Assembly: GCA_040754495.1 (NCBI GenBank)
Contig: JBFMCO010000042.1
Span: forward strand, 1 to 47,274
DNA from: Candidatus Micrarchaeota archaeon
Lineage (GTDB): Archaea > Micrarchaeota > Micrarchaeia > Anstonellales > Bilamarchaeaceae
Length of the DNA stretch: 47,274 nucleotides
Direction of reading: 5' to 3'
Shown here in pieces: positions 46,721-47,274 of the stretch; within the stretch, counting starts at the first letter, position 1; every line of letters starts with the position of its first letter. The notes beneath the pieces were generated by a model. The model saw nothing but the letters and a program-made list of their open reading frames with translations. It did no database searches and was not told where the DNA came from. The position numbers and the translations under genes are program-made.

Positions 46721-47272
46721 TCATTTGGCACCGGACAAGTTCAGGGAGCGGCTGGTCGGGGAGCGCAGCAGCCCGGAGGATTTCGATTGCGGCATGAGCC
46801 TGAGGATGCCGTCGTGGACTGCGACCATGCCGTTTTTCGCTTCTTCGCTGGCCCCGAGCGCGACCGCGGCCTTCAGCGCTTCCTTGAAATCATTCCAGTC
46901 GCGCTGTGGCGGCTCCTCGCCGTATAGCACCATGCGCATGCGCACGATTATGTTGCGTCCGCTGTCAGCGAGCGTGAGATAGACGCTGCCGGCCTTTTCC
47001 TGGATAGCAATGCCGTAAGTTGATGGGGGGAGGGATACGGAAGCCGCCTCGAGGCCTTTTGCGGTCTGGATAATGCCGAAGGTATTATCGCCCGAATAGT
47101 ACGAGGATGAGCCGGAGCCGCTGCGAACTAGGGTGGGCGGCGATGAGAGCAGCGCCTCGCACTCATCGTCCCAGTTGCGGCCGAGTCCCTTTATCGAAGA
47201 GAAAAGTTCTTTCGGCGGGAGGCTGGAGACCTGCGCAAGCGGCGGCTCCGGGAGGGGCGGGGATTCAATGCG
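46721..47272 (-). CDS. family-X hypothetical protein (copy X4), 5'-truncated by the window edge
   Basis: The track shows only 46721-46945. Manual translation keeps the frame open to the edge (at least 183 aa: ...ELFSSIKGLGRNWDDECEALLSSPP...YYSGDNTFGI...YGIAIQEKAGSVYLTLADSGRNIIVRMRM...DWNDFKEALKAAV...). Clearly homologous to 23273-23878. Confidence 0.88.
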   Translation of the reverse strand, partial: RIESPPLPEPPLAQVSSLPPKELFSSIKGLGRNWDDECEALLSSPPTLVRSGSGSSSYYSGDNTFGIIQTAKGLEAASVSLPPSTYGIAIQEKAGSVYLTLADSGRNIIVRMRMVLYGEEPPQRDWNDFKEALKAAVALGASEEAKNGMVAVHDGILRLMPQSKSSGLLRSPTSRSLNLSGAK

Positions 47273-47274
47273 CG

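Overview
Probably an archaeal window: TATA-like boxes lie about 25 nt upstream of starts, AGG and ATA codons are frequent, and rtcA is present. A DPANN/Micrarchaeota-type origin is only an inference. About 81% of the window is two paralogous giant ORFs, G1 (3466-21909, 6147 aa) and G2 (26751-46709, 6652 aa). Both sit in the same three-part cassette: a ~113-aa helical partner gene immediately upstream, then the giant gene, then convergent member(s) of a small divergent paralog family ('family X', 4 copies, one fused to an endonuclease-IV/xylose-isomerase TIM barrel). Each giant has a helical-repeat N-terminal scaffold, a Gly-rich hydrophobic hairpin region resembling translocators, and a string of kinase-fold domains (one protein-kinase-like, two or three PI3/4K/HipA-like). 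G2 additionally carries tandem GGDEF/Cas10-like palm domains and a low-GC inserted domain, while G1 has an extra C-terminal kinase. G1 is almost free of lysine (about 19 of 6147 by manual count, three of them catalytic) whereas G2 is lysine-rich. One kinase module is ~80% identical between the giants, with 56-bp and 74-bp tracts of identical DNA. The picture is a candidate undescribed archaeal polymorphic, self-translocating multi-kinase effector system. The left ~1.9 kb is a lower-GC island (DNA methyltransferase and a PIN-like pair) bounded by a structured repeat element. ybaK-family and rtcA genes separate the two cassettes. I saw no CRISPR array, tRNA or rRNA. All domain calls come from motif reading, not database searches.
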